From Candidatus Poribacteria bacterium (GTDB lineage: Bacteria; Poribacteria; WGA-4E; GCA-2687025): a DNA stretch of 64,000 bases. The DNA is taken from positions 3,808,001 to 3,872,000 of the forward strand of contig OY762492.1 in assembly GCA_963665845.2 (NCBI GenBank), given 5' to 3'. This document shows positions 31,169 to 41,172 of this stretch, one piece after another. The first letter of the stretch is position 1. Every line of letters begins with the position of its first letter. A model generated the notes under the pieces. That model was not told where the DNA came from and ran no database searches. It saw only the letters and a list, made by a program, of their open reading frames with translations. The translations under genes and the position numbers were made by a program.

Positions 31169-31885
31169 TTAAAATTTCAGCCCGCCCAGCCGTTCAATAA
31201 ACCGCTCCGTTTCGCGCTCGTTATACTCATTGGCAAAACGGGCGGCGTTCTGCCTTCCGCCCCAGTAAAACCGCGCCCCAAGAAAATAGATGAACGCGGC
31301 GTCAACCCAGCGTTCGTCAGAGACCGCTTTTCCTAAAAAATAAAAGAACGCGCCGTTCAAAAGCGTCGACACCGCCCCGTTTCCATACCTCCCCGCGTAG
31401 ATCTGCCCGGCGCCCGGCAGAAAGGTCGAAAGCCAACGCGCCGTTGAGGGCGAACGCCGCCAAAACGCCGGCCCCTCCCCCAGGCGCTCCCGCAGAAAAG
31501 CGCTTCGATGCAGCAGGTCAGCTTCTGGAAACAGGATTGGCAGGCGGTCTAAATGCATGCCGGCGCCGCTCCAGTCGCGCAGACGTATAGACGCCCATGC
31601 GCGTCCGTATTGCGCCCTTGCGCCGGCGTATTCGTCTTCGGTTCGGCGCGTTAAATCTGCCCATTCGCGCGCCGCCGTTTCGTACATCCCCGCCTTGTAA
31701 AGCGACAACGCGGACATATAGGCGGCTCGGTCTTTGAGCGGCGTCTCATGCCGCGACAACCTTAAAAACGCGGCGCGCGCGGCGGCGTAATCGCCCTCCA
31801 ACAGCAGCTCCTCGCCCAAGCGAAACGACTCGGCGTCCGATGCGCAGCAGACCGACAACCAGAGCGCGCAGCATGCCCATGTCAT
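31169..31885 (-). CDS. TPR-like protein with C-terminal membrane domain
   Basis: Signal-like N-terminus, helical repeats, then LSTFLPGAGQIYAG and two TMs; ATGA overlap with the upstream gene. Confidence 0.7.
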   Translation of the reverse strand: MTWACCALWLSVCCASDAESFRLGEELLLEGDYAAARAAFLRLSRHETPLKDRAAYMSALSLYKAGMYETAAREWADLTRRTEDEYAGARAQYGRAWASIRLRDWSGAGMHLDRLPILFPEADLLHRSAFLRERLGEGPAFWRRSPSTARWLSTFLPGAGQIYAGRYGNGAVSTLLNGAFFYFLGKAVSDERWVDAAFIYFLGARFYWGGRQNAARFANEYNERETERFIERLGGLKF

Positions 31886-32442
31886 CGCGCAAGCGCCTTC
31901 GCCCCTCCAAGCAGATTCCCGGCGTAAAAAAAGAGAGCCGCCCCGCCTGACGCCGCGGCGGGAATTGTCTGTTTGCGCCGGGCGTAATAGACCGCGCCGA
32001 AGCCGAACGCGGCGACTCGAACGAAGGCGGACAGCCCGTCGCGCCATTTTCCGCCCGCCGCTTGTCCTAAGCCAGGTACCGCCGCCGAGAGAACGCCGCC
32101 CCATGCGTTCCAGCGCGTCTCGTCTGGGAACGGATCGGGAGTCCGCAGCCGTGTGGACGCGGCGAACGGCGCGTTGCACGTATGGCAGCGCAATAGACGC
32201 TCCGACGCCGCCGCCCAGCCCAAAAACCCGTATCGATCCAGCGCCAGCTGCGCATACGACGAACAGGTCGGGTCAAACACGCATGTATCCCCGTCCTGCG
32301 TTGTGATGACAGCGCGGTGAAAGCGGATGAAGGCGGAGCCGCCCGCGCTCTCATGCCGCGCCGGCGGAGGGTCGGGTACCTCCTCTGGAAGCGGAAGCGT
32401 CGGCAGCCCCGCAATGCATAACAGCGCGATCCAGACAGACAA
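31882..32442 (-). CDS. YidD-like domain fused to a membrane domain
   Basis: CVFDPTCSSYA..AL.RYG...RLLRCH (YidD pattern), followed by LSAAVPGLGQ and two TMs. Confidence 0.75.
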   Translation of the reverse strand: MSVWIALLCIAGLPTLPLPEEVPDPPPARHESAGGSAFIRFHRAVITTQDGDTCVFDPTCSSYAQLALDRYGFLGWAAASERLLRCHTCNAPFAASTRLRTPDPFPDETRWNAWGGVLSAAVPGLGQAAGGKWRDGLSAFVRVAAFGFGAVYYARRKQTIPAAASGGAALFFYAGNLLGGAKALAR

Positions 32443-32448
32443 GGCGGT

Positions 32449-33375
32449 TCAAAACTCCTGCGCAAGAAAGTCGTCCATGACCGAATCCGGTATCGTCTCG
32501 GCGGCGGCGCGCGCGTTCATCTCCAGCTGCTCTATGTTCAGGCTGCCGAGCGGGTTGCCGTGAATCGTCTCCTCCCGCAGACAAAACTGCAGCGCCATCG
32601 TCAACAGGCTCACATCGTTTTCGATGCACCAGGCGCGCATTTTGGTCGCGCGGGCGATGTCCTGATTGTTCTGGTCATGCCCGCTTAGATCAATGCCGGT
32701 CAAAAAGCCGCGCATAATTGACCAGCCGTTCAGCATGCCGATGTCCTTCTCCGCCGCCGCGGGCAGAATCTCATCCGCCGCCGACTGCCGCAGCAGGTTG
32801 TAATCGTTGAAACAAAGCAGCACATCCACATCCCCCTCTTCGATCACCTTCAGATGAAAAGGATGCGGGTTCATGCCGTATCCGACGTTATGAATCAGCC
32901 CCTCCTCTTTCAGCTCCTTGATGCCGTCCAGCGTTCCGTCGTCCGCGAGCGTCGCGTCGATGTCGCCAGGGTCATGAATCAGCATGGCGTCAAAATAGTC
33001 GGTTCCGAGTATTTCCAGCTGGTCGCGGACATCGTCTTTAGCGCGTTGGGCGGAGTAGTCGGGGCGTCCTGACCCGTAGCCGCCCCATTGCGCGGCGCTG
33101 TGGCAGCAGAGCCGGCCGCTGATGATCGCCTCTTCGCGCTCAATGACGCCTGTTTTGATGGCGACGCCCAGCTTGCGCAGCGAATCGCCGTAGCAGCGGG
33201 CGCAGTCGAAATGGTTGACGCCGATGTCAACGGCGCGGCGGATCAGATCGCATGCCTCCTCGTCCGTCACCTTGCCGAAATTGTTGCCGAAACCCTGCGT
33301 TCCGAACGGGACGACAGGGATGCTCAGCTCGCTTTTGCCCCATCGCCGGCGCGGGACATTGAAATCGTTCGCCAT
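32449..33375 (-). CDS. Aldo/keto reductase
   Basis: RRRWGKSEL, GVNHFDCARCYG, LGTDYFDAMLIHD, ALQFCL. Confidence 0.85.
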   Translation of the reverse strand: MANDFNVPRRRWGKSELSIPVVPFGTQGFGNNFGKVTDEEACDLIRRAVDIGVNHFDCARCYGDSLRKLGVAIKTGVIEREEAIISGRLCCHSAAQWGGYGSGRPDYSAQRAKDDVRDQLEILGTDYFDAMLIHDPGDIDATLADDGTLDGIKELKEEGLIHNVGYGMNPHPFHLKVIEEGDVDVLLCFNDYNLLRQSAADEILPAAAEKDIGMLNGWSIMRGFLTGIDLSGHDQNNQDIARATKMRAWCIENDVSLLTMALQFCLREETIHGNPLGSLNIEQLEMNARAAAETIPDSVMDDFLAQEF

Positions 33376-33433
33376 GCGTTCTCCTATGCGGTATGCGTTG
33401 CGTTCTGCGCATCGTCGCAGATAACGGTGGAGA

Positions 33434-33570
33434 ACGCAAGCGGGAATCTAGAGGCAGACCCGAAACCTTCCGCATCCCCGGCTGTCATTCCCGCGCAAGC
33501 GGGAATCTAGAGGCGCCGCAGACGATGTCCGCGTTCGCGCCGGCATGCCCAACTAAATATGTAAGGTCAG
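33434..33570. repeat. REP palindromes plus partial MITE end
   Basis: GTCATTCCCGCGCAAGCGGGAATC at 33484 followed by GCCCAACTAAATATGTAAGGTCAG. Confidence 0.7.
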
Positions 33571-33755
33571 CGACCAACGAGCAAAGCCTTCTTCAACGGC
33601 TGGAGGCAACTCGCTGCTTGCGCTTCGAACAAAAACGCGGCGGATCCGCAACAGCCCGACCCGTCGCGTTCTCTTTAGGGAGCCGCGCCGATCTTCTCAT
33701 CGCTCATGCCGGACGGAAACGAGGCAGATCCCTTCTCAACGGACACAGGCGGCGC

Positions 33756-34739
33756 CTATTGATCCAAAGCTTCCAATTCCCGCTGCAGCTCTTTGATCCC
33801 TTCCGGGGACCAACCCTGTTGAGCGAGCAAGCCCTTAATAACCGTTCTTGCCTCATTCTTTGCTGTCTCTATGTCGCGCTCTATGACGCCCAGATCCAAC
33901 ACAACCTCCTCGAACGGACCTTCAGCAGAGTCTCCCCAAAGATGGATGCGCTCTTTGTCCGAATAGGACGGGCTATGAATATAATTCAGCCTCTCCTCCA
34001 CGCTTTTCAGCTCCTTCAACATCGCGTTCGTGTCATCCTCAGAAGCGGTTCCTTTCGCCAGATCTGCCAACAATTCGTTTTGACGCTGCGTCTTTTCTTT
34101 CAGCTCCTGTTTCCCTTCCGCAGAGAGCAGCGCGCGGGTCTTGAAACGCACAATCAGCTTTGTGTTGGGCGGCATGTTGTAGATGTCGCCGTTCGGAAGC
34201 TGCACGAAGCACGGAACCTTCGAAATCGGAATGCGCCCCGCCCGCCATGCCATGACTATCGGATGCTGAGCGTTCGGCGGAAAATCGTCGATTGTCCTCC
34301 TGATTGCCTCTCTCAGAACGGCATACTCTGGAGCCGTCATGATTCTCTCAGAAGCGATATCTTGCGCTTTAAAAGCGGCTGCGCTCTCTGGAAGCGTCTG
34401 AATCCACAGGTCAAACTCTTCTCCGATAAGCCGCGCCCATTCGTTCAGGACGCCGTCCACGGTGGACAGTTCAGGCGGAATTTCGATCGCCGCTGTCGAC
34501 ATTTCTTGCGCCTCGGAGGATGGCTCAAGCTCGGCGACCTTCTCGCGGGCGGCGCCGTTCTCATCGCGCCGCGCCGGCTCTTCGAGAGCTGCATGACCGG
34601 GCTGCCGAGGGGTTTGCTCATCCTGCGCGATTTGAGGAGCATCCGACGAGCTAAAACGCCCGGCAACAAGCGTCCACAGAAGCGCCGCGATAAGAACCAG
34701 AACCGACAACGCCGCAACGATCCAGTGAAGTTTTTTCAC
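33756..34739 (-). CDS. Hypothetical membrane-anchored protein; paralog of 17267-18307
   Basis: GTG start after AGGAGGAG, TM helix, QLPNGDIYNM motif, coiled coil. Confidence 0.7.
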   Translation of the reverse strand: MKKLHWIVAALSVLVLIAALLWTLVAGRFSSSDAPQIAQDEQTPRQPGHAALEEPARRDENGAAREKVAELEPSSEAQEMSTAAIEIPPELSTVDGVLNEWARLIGEEFDLWIQTLPESAAAFKAQDIASERIMTAPEYAVLREAIRRTIDDFPPNAQHPIVMAWRAGRIPISKVPCFVQLPNGDIYNMPPNTKLIVRFKTRALLSAEGKQELKEKTQRQNELLADLAKGTASEDDTNAMLKELKSVEERLNYIHSPSYSDKERIHLWGDSAEGPFEEVVLDLGVIERDIETAKNEARTVIKGLLAQQGWSPEGIKELQRELEALDQ

Positions 34740-35206
34740 GTTTTCACTCCTCCTTCTTTGATTCAGCGTTTCTTGCAGCGTCAGACGACCTTTCGGATCA
34801 GCCATTTGACCGTTTAATTTAATATGCCGCAACATTCTTGTTGGCGCAACAAACGCAGACAACCAAGCCGGTCATTCCCGCCCTTGCTCCTGCGGTAAAA
34901 TGTAACGAGCGGGAATCTTGCGTCTTCCCTGCCGGCGCGCGCTCTTTAAACCCCCTAACCCTCTTTTCAAGGAGGAATCTGACATCACCCTTAGAGCAAT
35001 TCAGGTTGTGAACGCGGACGGTTTCGAGGTTGACTCTGGATTCCCGCTTGCGCGGGAATGACGTCAGTCGGCGCCGACGCTTTATGGTCAAAATGAAATT
35101 CATCGCATGGGCGTACCGCCTCGGAAGATGGGCGGTTGAGACCGCCGCCGTTTCATGATACATTGTTTCCGCATACCGCTGGAGAACGACAACGAAGGGC
35201 ATAGAG

Positions 35207-36160
35207 ATGATCGTAACGACCAAGCAGCTGTTTGAGGTGGCGTACGGCGAGTTTGCCGTCGGCGCCTACAATATCAACAACGCGGAGCAGACGATGGGGC
35301 TGTTTCGCGGCAATATCGACTCGCAGGCTCCGTTTATCATTCAGATTTCGCGCGGCGCGCGCGGCTACACCGACAAAAGCTTTCTGGAAGGAATGATACG
35401 GGCGGCGGGCGACCTGTTTCCGGACGCGGTATTCGCGGTGCATCTCGACCACGGAACCGAGGAGGTGTGCTACGACTGCATCGATTCGGGCTTTTACTCC
35501 TCCGTTATGATCGATGCGTCGCATGAGGAGTTTGAGGAGAACATCGCCATCACGAAGCGGGTCGTGGACCGCGCCCATGAGAAAAACGTCAGCGTCGAGG
35601 CGGAGCTGGGCATGCTGGGGGGCGTTGAAGAGGATGTGGTCGGCGACAACCCATGCTTGACGGACCCTGAAGAGGCGGAGGAGTTCATCGACCGCACCGG
35701 CTGCGACAGCCTCGCCTGCGCCATCGGCACGAGCCATGGGGCGTATAAGTTTTCGGGGACGCAGGGCATTCACTTCGACATCCTGGACGATATACAGGCG
35801 CGCAAGCCTGGGTTCCCGCTGGTGATGCACGGCTCCAGCTCGGTGCCGCCGGAGGAGGTGGCGCGCATCAACGACGCGGGCGGAAAGCTGATTGGCGCGG
35901 CGGGCGTCAACACGGCGGAGTATCTGCCGGCGGCGAAGCGCGGCGTCTGCAAGGTGAACATCGACACGGACGGGCGGCTGGTCTGGACGCGCGTCCACCG
36001 CGAGCATTTTCGGGACAACCCTGACGACATCGATTTCCGCGCGCCCGGCAGGACCTATATGGACGAATACGCCGCTTTCATCGCCGGCCGAAATGAGCTG
36101 CTGGGATCGGCGGGTCAGCTGGACGCGGCGCGAGAACATGCAACCAACGGAGGAGCGTGA
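35207..36160 (+). CDS. fba: Class II fructose-bisphosphate aldolase
   Basis: AVGAYNINN, VHLDHG, SVMIDAS, VEAELG, AIGTSHGAYK, LVMHGSS, KVNIDTD. Confidence 0.95.
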   Translation: MIVTTKQLFEVAYGEFAVGAYNINNAEQTMGLFRGNIDSQAPFIIQISRGARGYTDKSFLEGMIRAAGDLFPDAVFAVHLDHGTEEVCYDCIDSGFYSSVMIDASHEEFEENIAITKRVVDRAHEKNVSVEAELGMLGGVEEDVVGDNPCLTDPEEAEEFIDRTGCDSLACAIGTSHGAYKFSGTQGIHFDILDDIQARKPGFPLVMHGSSSVPPEEVARINDAGGKLIGAAGVNTAEYLPAAKRGVCKVNIDTDGRLVWTRVHREHFRDNPDDIDFRAPGRTYMDEYAAFIAGRNELLGSAGQLDAAREHATNGGA

Positions 36161-37245
36161 TGGCAAAAGCGGAGCCAAAGGTTTCCAAAAGCAAAAAAAG
36201 CGGCAAGGTGCGATTCTGCATCGTCGGAATGGGCATTGGACGCCCCAATGGACGCGCGCTCATGGGCGACGAACGAGGCGAGATCGTCGCCCTGTGCGAT
36301 CTCCAAGAAGCGCGGATGAAGGACTTCGCCAAAGAGATACCGAACAAGGTGAAGTTCTACACCGACTACAAAAAGATGTGCAAGGACAGCGGGATCGACG
36401 CTGTCTTTGTCGGGACGCCGAATCAGTGGCATGTGCCGGTCGCGCTCGAAGCGGTTCGGAACGGCAAGCATGTGATCGTGACGAAGCCGCTGTCCGACTC
36501 TGAAGACGCCGCCAAAGAGCTGGTTGAGGAGGCGGAGAAGGCGGGTCTTGTGAACATGATGTCGCTTGGGACGCGGTACAGCGCCGCCTGTCAGCATCTC
36601 GGCAAGCTGGGGCGCGAGGGTTATTTCGGCGACTTTTACTACGCGCGCGCCCGCAGCGTCCGCCGCATCGGCATTCCCGACTGGAACCTTGGCTTCATTG
36701 AAAAAGGGGGCGGCGCGTTTCGGGACATGGGCGTCCATGTCCTGGACGCGGTCTGGTGGATCATGGGCATGCCGCGTCCGGTGGCGGCGTCCGCGGCGGC
36801 AGGCGCGAAGTTTGGACCGGTCGGCAAAGGTTTCTGGCGCGGCAAAGTTCCCCCGAAGAATTTTTATACCCGTTTCACCTCGGACGATTACGCGGGCGGT
36901 TTCGTCCGTTTTGAGAACGGCATTGGACTCATCGTCGAGAGCTTCTGGGCGTCGCATCAACCTGGCGAGTTTCAAATTGAGCTGTTTGGAACCGAGGCGG
37001 GGGCGAAATTAAGCCCGCTGACGCTTTACCGCACCGACGACAACAAGGAGGAGGATCTGCCGGTCAAACTGCCCGCGCAAAAACAGGGGTTCAACCTGAT
37101 GGCGGAGGAGTTCATCGCCGGCGTCCTGGACGGGGGAGAGGTGCGCGCCCCGCTTCGACACGGGCTGATCGTTCAGCAGATGATCGAGGCGATCCTGGAA
37201 AGCGGCGAGACGGGCAAAGAGGTTCCCATAGACGCGGCGATGTAG
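36160..37245 (+). CDS. Gfo/Idh/MocA family oxidoreductase
   Basis: IVGMGIG, IDAVFVGTPN..H, GKHVIVTKP, GGGAFRDMGVH. Confidence 0.9.
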   Translation: MAKAEPKVSKSKKSGKVRFCIVGMGIGRPNGRALMGDERGEIVALCDLQEARMKDFAKEIPNKVKFYTDYKKMCKDSGIDAVFVGTPNQWHVPVALEAVRNGKHVIVTKPLSDSEDAAKELVEEAEKAGLVNMMSLGTRYSAACQHLGKLGREGYFGDFYYARARSVRRIGIPDWNLGFIEKGGGAFRDMGVHVLDAVWWIMGMPRPVAASAAAGAKFGPVGKGFWRGKVPPKNFYTRFTSDDYAGGFVRFENGIGLIVESFWASHQPGEFQIELFGTEAGAKLSPLTLYRTDDNKEEDLPVKLPAQKQGFNLMAEEFIAGVLDGGEVRAPLRHGLIVQQMIEAILESGETGKEVPIDAAM

Positions 37246-37265
37246 GAGGCGGCGAGCGGATGTTT

Positions 37266-37454
37266 CTGACCTCATGCTTAAAGTTGGGACGTTGGACGAA
37301 CAAAGCCCGTATTCATGGGAAAGAGGCTTCGCCAACCAGGTCGTTCCCCGCTTCCGCGAGGACATGCATTCCCGCGCAAGCGGGAATCCAGAGGCGCCGC
37401 AGACGACGTCCGCGTTCGCCAAGCGGAATGTCCCAACTAAAGATGTAAGGTCGG
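37266..37454. mobile_element. MITE-like element (189 bp) carrying a REP palindrome
   Basis: Ends CTGACCTCATGCTTAAAGTTGGGAC / GTCCCAACTAAAGATGTAAGGTCGG with a 6-bp direct repeat ATGTTT on both sides; inverted relative to 9660-9827. Confidence 0.78.
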
Positions 37455-37480
37455 ATGTTTGATTTTCAAAAGGAGTTCAG

Positions 37481-37846
37481 ATGTTCAATAAAGCGGCGCT
37501 TGCCGCGGCGGTCTTGGTCGGGTTGGCTTTGTCGGGGTGCATGGCTCCAGTTCAGGAGGGGAATCGTTACGTTCGCGCAGATGACATTCCGGTGTACTAC
37601 TTGGATGAGGCGCCAGCGCATACGGAGTTGACCAAGTTCTTTGTTCAGTGGAAAACGCCGGAGAACGACATCGATCGGGTGTTGAGGGAACCCAAACAGA
37701 CAGCGGTATCGATTGGCGGAGACGCTTTGATCATCACATCCTACCGCCATCATGTCGACAAGGATGTTGTGAAAGAGTTGCATGGGTTCATTGTCAAACT
37801 TGCTGTGGAGCAGTGTGTTGCCAGCGAAGAAGAGGCTTCTGAATAA
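37481..37846 (+). CDS. Hypothetical lipoprotein
   Basis: RBS AAAGGAG, lipobox LSG-C, GGDALII motif. Confidence 0.75.
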   Translation: MFNKAALAAAVLVGLALSGCMAPVQEGNRYVRADDIPVYYLDEAPAHTELTKFFVQWKTPENDIDRVLREPKQTAVSIGGDALIITSYRHHVDKDVVKELHGFIVKLAVEQCVASEEEASE

Positions 37847-37867
37847 AAGGGGATTTAGGAGGCGGTC

Positions 37868-39316
37868 ATGCCGAATGAACCGATACGGCTGCGCCTGACC
37901 GACGCGCGGTTTTACATGCGGAATGTGCGGCTGCGCATGCCGTTTCGTTACGGCGTCGCAACGCTGATTGGTTACCCGATCCTGCATGCGCGCGTTACGA
38001 TGGAGACAGCGGACGGAATGCGGGCGGAGGGCGTGTCCGCGGATTGCCTTCCGCCCAAATGGTTCGATAAATCTCCCGACAAAAACTACGAGGACAATAT
38101 CCGCGATATGCTGTTTGCCGTTCAAGCGGCGCATGACGCCTATCTTTTGATGGCGTCCGAACCGCGGACGCCGTTTGAACTCATGATGGACGGGTTGTCG
38201 GCGGTCATGGAGGCGCGCGCGGAGGGGGGAATCAATGAGCTGACCGCCTCGTTCGGCGCCTCTTTCTTTGAGAGAGCCGTTGCGGACGCGGTTTGCAACG
38301 CCCTGTCGATCTCTTTTTTTGAGGCGCTTCAGGCGAACGTTTTTGGGGTGGAGATGGGCTTGGCGCATTCCGAACTGGAGGGTCTGGAGCCGTCCGATGT
38401 ACTGCCGCCCGCGCCGCTGGACAGCCTATGGATTCGGCATACTGTAGGATTGAGCGACCCGATTTTGACAAGCGAAATCGGCGACGACGACCGCCTAAAC
38501 GACAGCTTGCCGCAGTCGCTTGAGGAGTATATTGACGCGCAGAAGCTGCGGTACTTTAAGGTGAAGGTGTGCGGCGACGACAGCGTAGACCTGCCGCGCC
38601 TTGAAACGATCGCCGAGCTGCTGGACGCGCGCGCCTCAAAGCCGTATGCGGTGTCGCTGGACGGGAATGAGCAGTATCTGGAGGCGGCGCCGTTTCGTTC
38701 GCTTGTGGAGACACTGCGGACGAAGCCTGTCTTTGAGCAGTTTTTTGACAGCATACGTTATATAGAGCAGCCGATTCACCGCGACGCCGCGCTGAAGCCG
38801 CCGCTGGCGGAGGAGATGCGCGAGTTGTCCAGCGTCAAGCCGGTCATCATTGACGAGTCGGACAGCGGGCTGGATACGTTTAAACAGGCGCTGGAGATGG
38901 GTTACCGCGGCGTCAGCTCCAAGAACTGCAAGGGCATTTACAAATCGCTGCTGAATTTTGCGCTGGCGAAACAGGGCGGGCATCTCATGACCGGCGAAGA
39001 CCTGGCAAACGCGCCGATTGTCCCGCTTCATCAGGACTGCGCGACGCTGGCGGCTCTCGGCATATCGGACGCGGAGAGAAACGGGCATCATTATCTGCGC
39101 GGTTTGGCGCACCTTTCGCGGTCGGAGCGCGCCGATTGTCTAGAGGCGCATCCGCGGATGTACGCCGTAAAGGGCGGGTTGCCGCAGCTGAATGTGGAAG
39201 GCGGGCGAATCGATATACGTTCGCTGCAGACCGCCGGCTACGCTCTCGGCGCGCCCATCGATTACAGAAGCATGACGCCGCTGGATGAGTGGACGTTCGA
39301 TTCGTTGAGCCTTTAG
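37868..39316 (+). CDS. Enolase-superfamily (mandelate racemase-like) protein
   Basis: YFKVK, SLDGNEQ, YIEQP, IIDES, GEDL barrel motifs. Confidence 0.8.
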   Translation: MPNEPIRLRLTDARFYMRNVRLRMPFRYGVATLIGYPILHARVTMETADGMRAEGVSADCLPPKWFDKSPDKNYEDNIRDMLFAVQAAHDAYLLMASEPRTPFELMMDGLSAVMEARAEGGINELTASFGASFFERAVADAVCNALSISFFEALQANVFGVEMGLAHSELEGLEPSDVLPPAPLDSLWIRHTVGLSDPILTSEIGDDDRLNDSLPQSLEEYIDAQKLRYFKVKVCGDDSVDLPRLETIAELLDARASKPYAVSLDGNEQYLEAAPFRSLVETLRTKPVFEQFFDSIRYIEQPIHRDAALKPPLAEEMRELSSVKPVIIDESDSGLDTFKQALEMGYRGVSSKNCKGIYKSLLNFALAKQGGHLMTGEDLANAPIVPLHQDCATLAALGISDAERNGHHYLRGLAHLSRSERADCLEAHPRMYAVKGGLPQLNVEGGRIDIRSLQTAGYALGAPIDYRSMTPLDEWTFDSLSL

Positions 39317-39342
39317 CAAAAAACAAGGGCGGGACGGCAGAT

Positions 39343-40116
39343 ATGGAATCGATCATGGAGCGTTTTCGTCTGGACGGGCGGGTTGCGCTGATCACAGGCG
39401 GAAGCAAGGGTCTCGGCGAGGCGATGGCGCAAGGGATGTCTGAAGCGGGCGCCAACGTTGTCATAACAAGCCGGCATCTGGACGAGTGCGAAGCGGCGGC
39501 GCGGCGCATCTCCGAAACAACGGGCGGCGACATTTTAGCCCTGGAAGGCGATGTAAAGCAGCCTGCGCAGGTGCGCGCGAACGTCTCGGCGGCGCTGAAC
39601 AGGTTCGGGCAGATCGACATACTCGTCAACAACGCGGGAACGAACGTGCGGACGGGAACGCTGGAGCTGCCCTTGGACGAATGGCGGCGGGTCGTAGAGG
39701 TGAACCTGACCGGACCGTTCCTCTTTGGGCAAGCCGTTCTGCCCAGCATGGTAGAGCGCGGCTACGGGCGGGTCATCAACCTCTCCTCCATCTTGGGCGT
39801 TGTCGGTTTGGCGGCGCGCTCGCCGTACACGGCGACGAAGGGCGGGCTGCTCAATATGACGCGCGCTTGGGCGTTGGAGTTTGCGCCGCATGGAATCACG
39901 GTGAACGCGCTTTGCCCCGGCCCGTTCGACACGCCGATGAACCGCCCCTTGACGCAGGACAAGGAGGCGTATGCGGCGTTTCTGTCGCGCATTCCGCTTG
40001 GGCGATGGGGCGATCTGGAGGAGGCGGCGTCGACAGCGGTGTTTTTGGCGTCGGACGCTTCCAGTTATATCACCGGGGCGGCGATCATGCTGGACGGCGG
40101 ATGGACGGCGCAATGA
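39343..40116 (+). CDS. Short-chain dehydrogenase/reductase
   Basis: TGGSKGLG, NNAG, YTATK, NALCPG, DGG. Confidence 0.93.
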   Translation: MESIMERFRLDGRVALITGGSKGLGEAMAQGMSEAGANVVITSRHLDECEAAARRISETTGGDILALEGDVKQPAQVRANVSAALNRFGQIDILVNNAGTNVRTGTLELPLDEWRRVVEVNLTGPFLFGQAVLPSMVERGYGRVINLSSILGVVGLAARSPYTATKGGLLNMTRAWALEFAPHGITVNALCPGPFDTPMNRPLTQDKEAYAAFLSRIPLGRWGDLEEAASTAVFLASDASSYITGAAIMLDGGWTAQ

Positions 40117-40131
40117 CAATAATAAGGGGGA

Positions 40132-40207
40132 TGGTGGAGTCGAGGGGAGTCGAACCCCTGACCTCCTGAATGCCATTCAGGCGCTCTCCCAACTGAGCTA
40201 CGACCCC
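40132..40207 (-). tRNA. tRNA-Ala (GGC)
   Basis: GGGGTCGTAGCTCAGTTGGGAGAGCGCCTGAATGGCATTCAGGAGGTCAGGGGTTCGACTCCCCTCGACTCCACCA; 76 nt, G3-U70 pair, encoded CCA. Confidence 0.97.
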
Positions 40208-40304
40208 AACCGCGTAACTATGATGGCGCATGATCGGTCGGCTGTCAAGAAAAGTTGCGCATTGGCGGTACTCCCATACAGGGATATTTGCGGCGGCGCG
40301 TCCG

Positions 40305-40425
40305 ATTCCCCCCTTGAAAAGGGGCTAGGGGGGTTTAAAGGACGGGCGCAGCGGCTGCGATGCCTTAAGATTCCCGCTTACGCGGGAATGACGATTTGGT
40401 TGGCGACGCCTTTTCAAGGGAATTG
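40305..40425. repeat. REP-like composite repeat
   Basis: CCCCTTGAAAAGGGG hairpin plus ATTCCCGCTTACGCGGGAATGACG; nearly identical to about 6560-6650 and 16495-16585. Confidence 0.85.
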
Positions 40426-40554
40426 GACGCCTGCGCGTTTTGTTTTTTATTACGGAAAATTTTAATCTTAATTCACAGGACGGGAGCCTGTACGCCTGTA
40501 AATCGGTTGCGCTGTCCAAAGCAATGTTTTATACTGCATCATAGGAGGGCGGAT

Positions 40555-40794
40555 ATGCATCAGATTTCGGAAGCGAAGCAATGGGTGATGGCCAAGGTCA
40601 ATGGAGCGGGCCGCGTTGAAAAGAAGCGGCTGTATTCCGGCAGCGACTTCCCGCCGTCGCTCATCAAGGGCGCCATCGCGCGTTTGGAATCGGATCAGTT
40701 GATCTGTATGGAGGCGGACTCCTCCGGGCGCGAGTATTATGTGAAGCGGCGGCATGGTCCCGTTAAGAGCTTTCTGCGGCTGTTCAAGAAATAG
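40555..40794 (+). CDS. Small hypothetical protein
   Basis: RBS AGGAGG; MHQISEAKQW..., 79 aa. Confidence 0.65.
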   Translation: MHQISEAKQWVMAKVNGAGRVEKKRLYSGSDFPPSLIKGAIARLESDQLICMEADSSGREYYVKRRHGPVKSFLRLFKK

Positions 40795-40816
40795 GCTGCT
40801 TACAGAAAGGGGCGGC

Positions 40817-41140
40817 ATGAGCGACAAAATCAAGATGGGCTACATCAGCGACGGACATGATCTCCTCGCCGAGGGGAAGTACCATGAGGCGATCGCGCTG
40901 TACAAAAAAGCGCTGGAGCTGGACGAAAACTATGTCGAGGCGTTCCTCTCCATCGGCAAGTCGTATGAGCTGATGGGCGCGCTGGACGAGGCGGTCGAGA
41001 TTCTCAAAAACGGCATTGAGCGGAACCCCGACGAGCCGTTTCTGCATACGAGCCTGTCCCAGTGCTACCAGAAAAAAGGCATGATTCCGGAGGCTGAAGA
41101 GGAGATGGCGGTCGCTTATCATCTTCAGCAGAGTCAATAA
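40817..41140 (+). CDS. TPR protein
   Basis: GKYHEAIALYKKALELD...GALDEAVEILKNGIERNP repeats. Confidence 0.85.
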   Translation: MSDKIKMGYISDGHDLLAEGKYHEAIALYKKALELDENYVEAFLSIGKSYELMGALDEAVEILKNGIERNPDEPFLHTSLSQCYQKKGMIPEAEEEMAVAYHLQQSQ

Positions 41141-41172
41141 CGTTCGAAGGGCGTTCAGAAAGGAGCGGTCTT

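Noticed and set aside
40132-40207. tRNA-Ala as an integration site of an island
   Set aside because: No integrase nearby and no duplicated tRNA 3' end noticed in the window.
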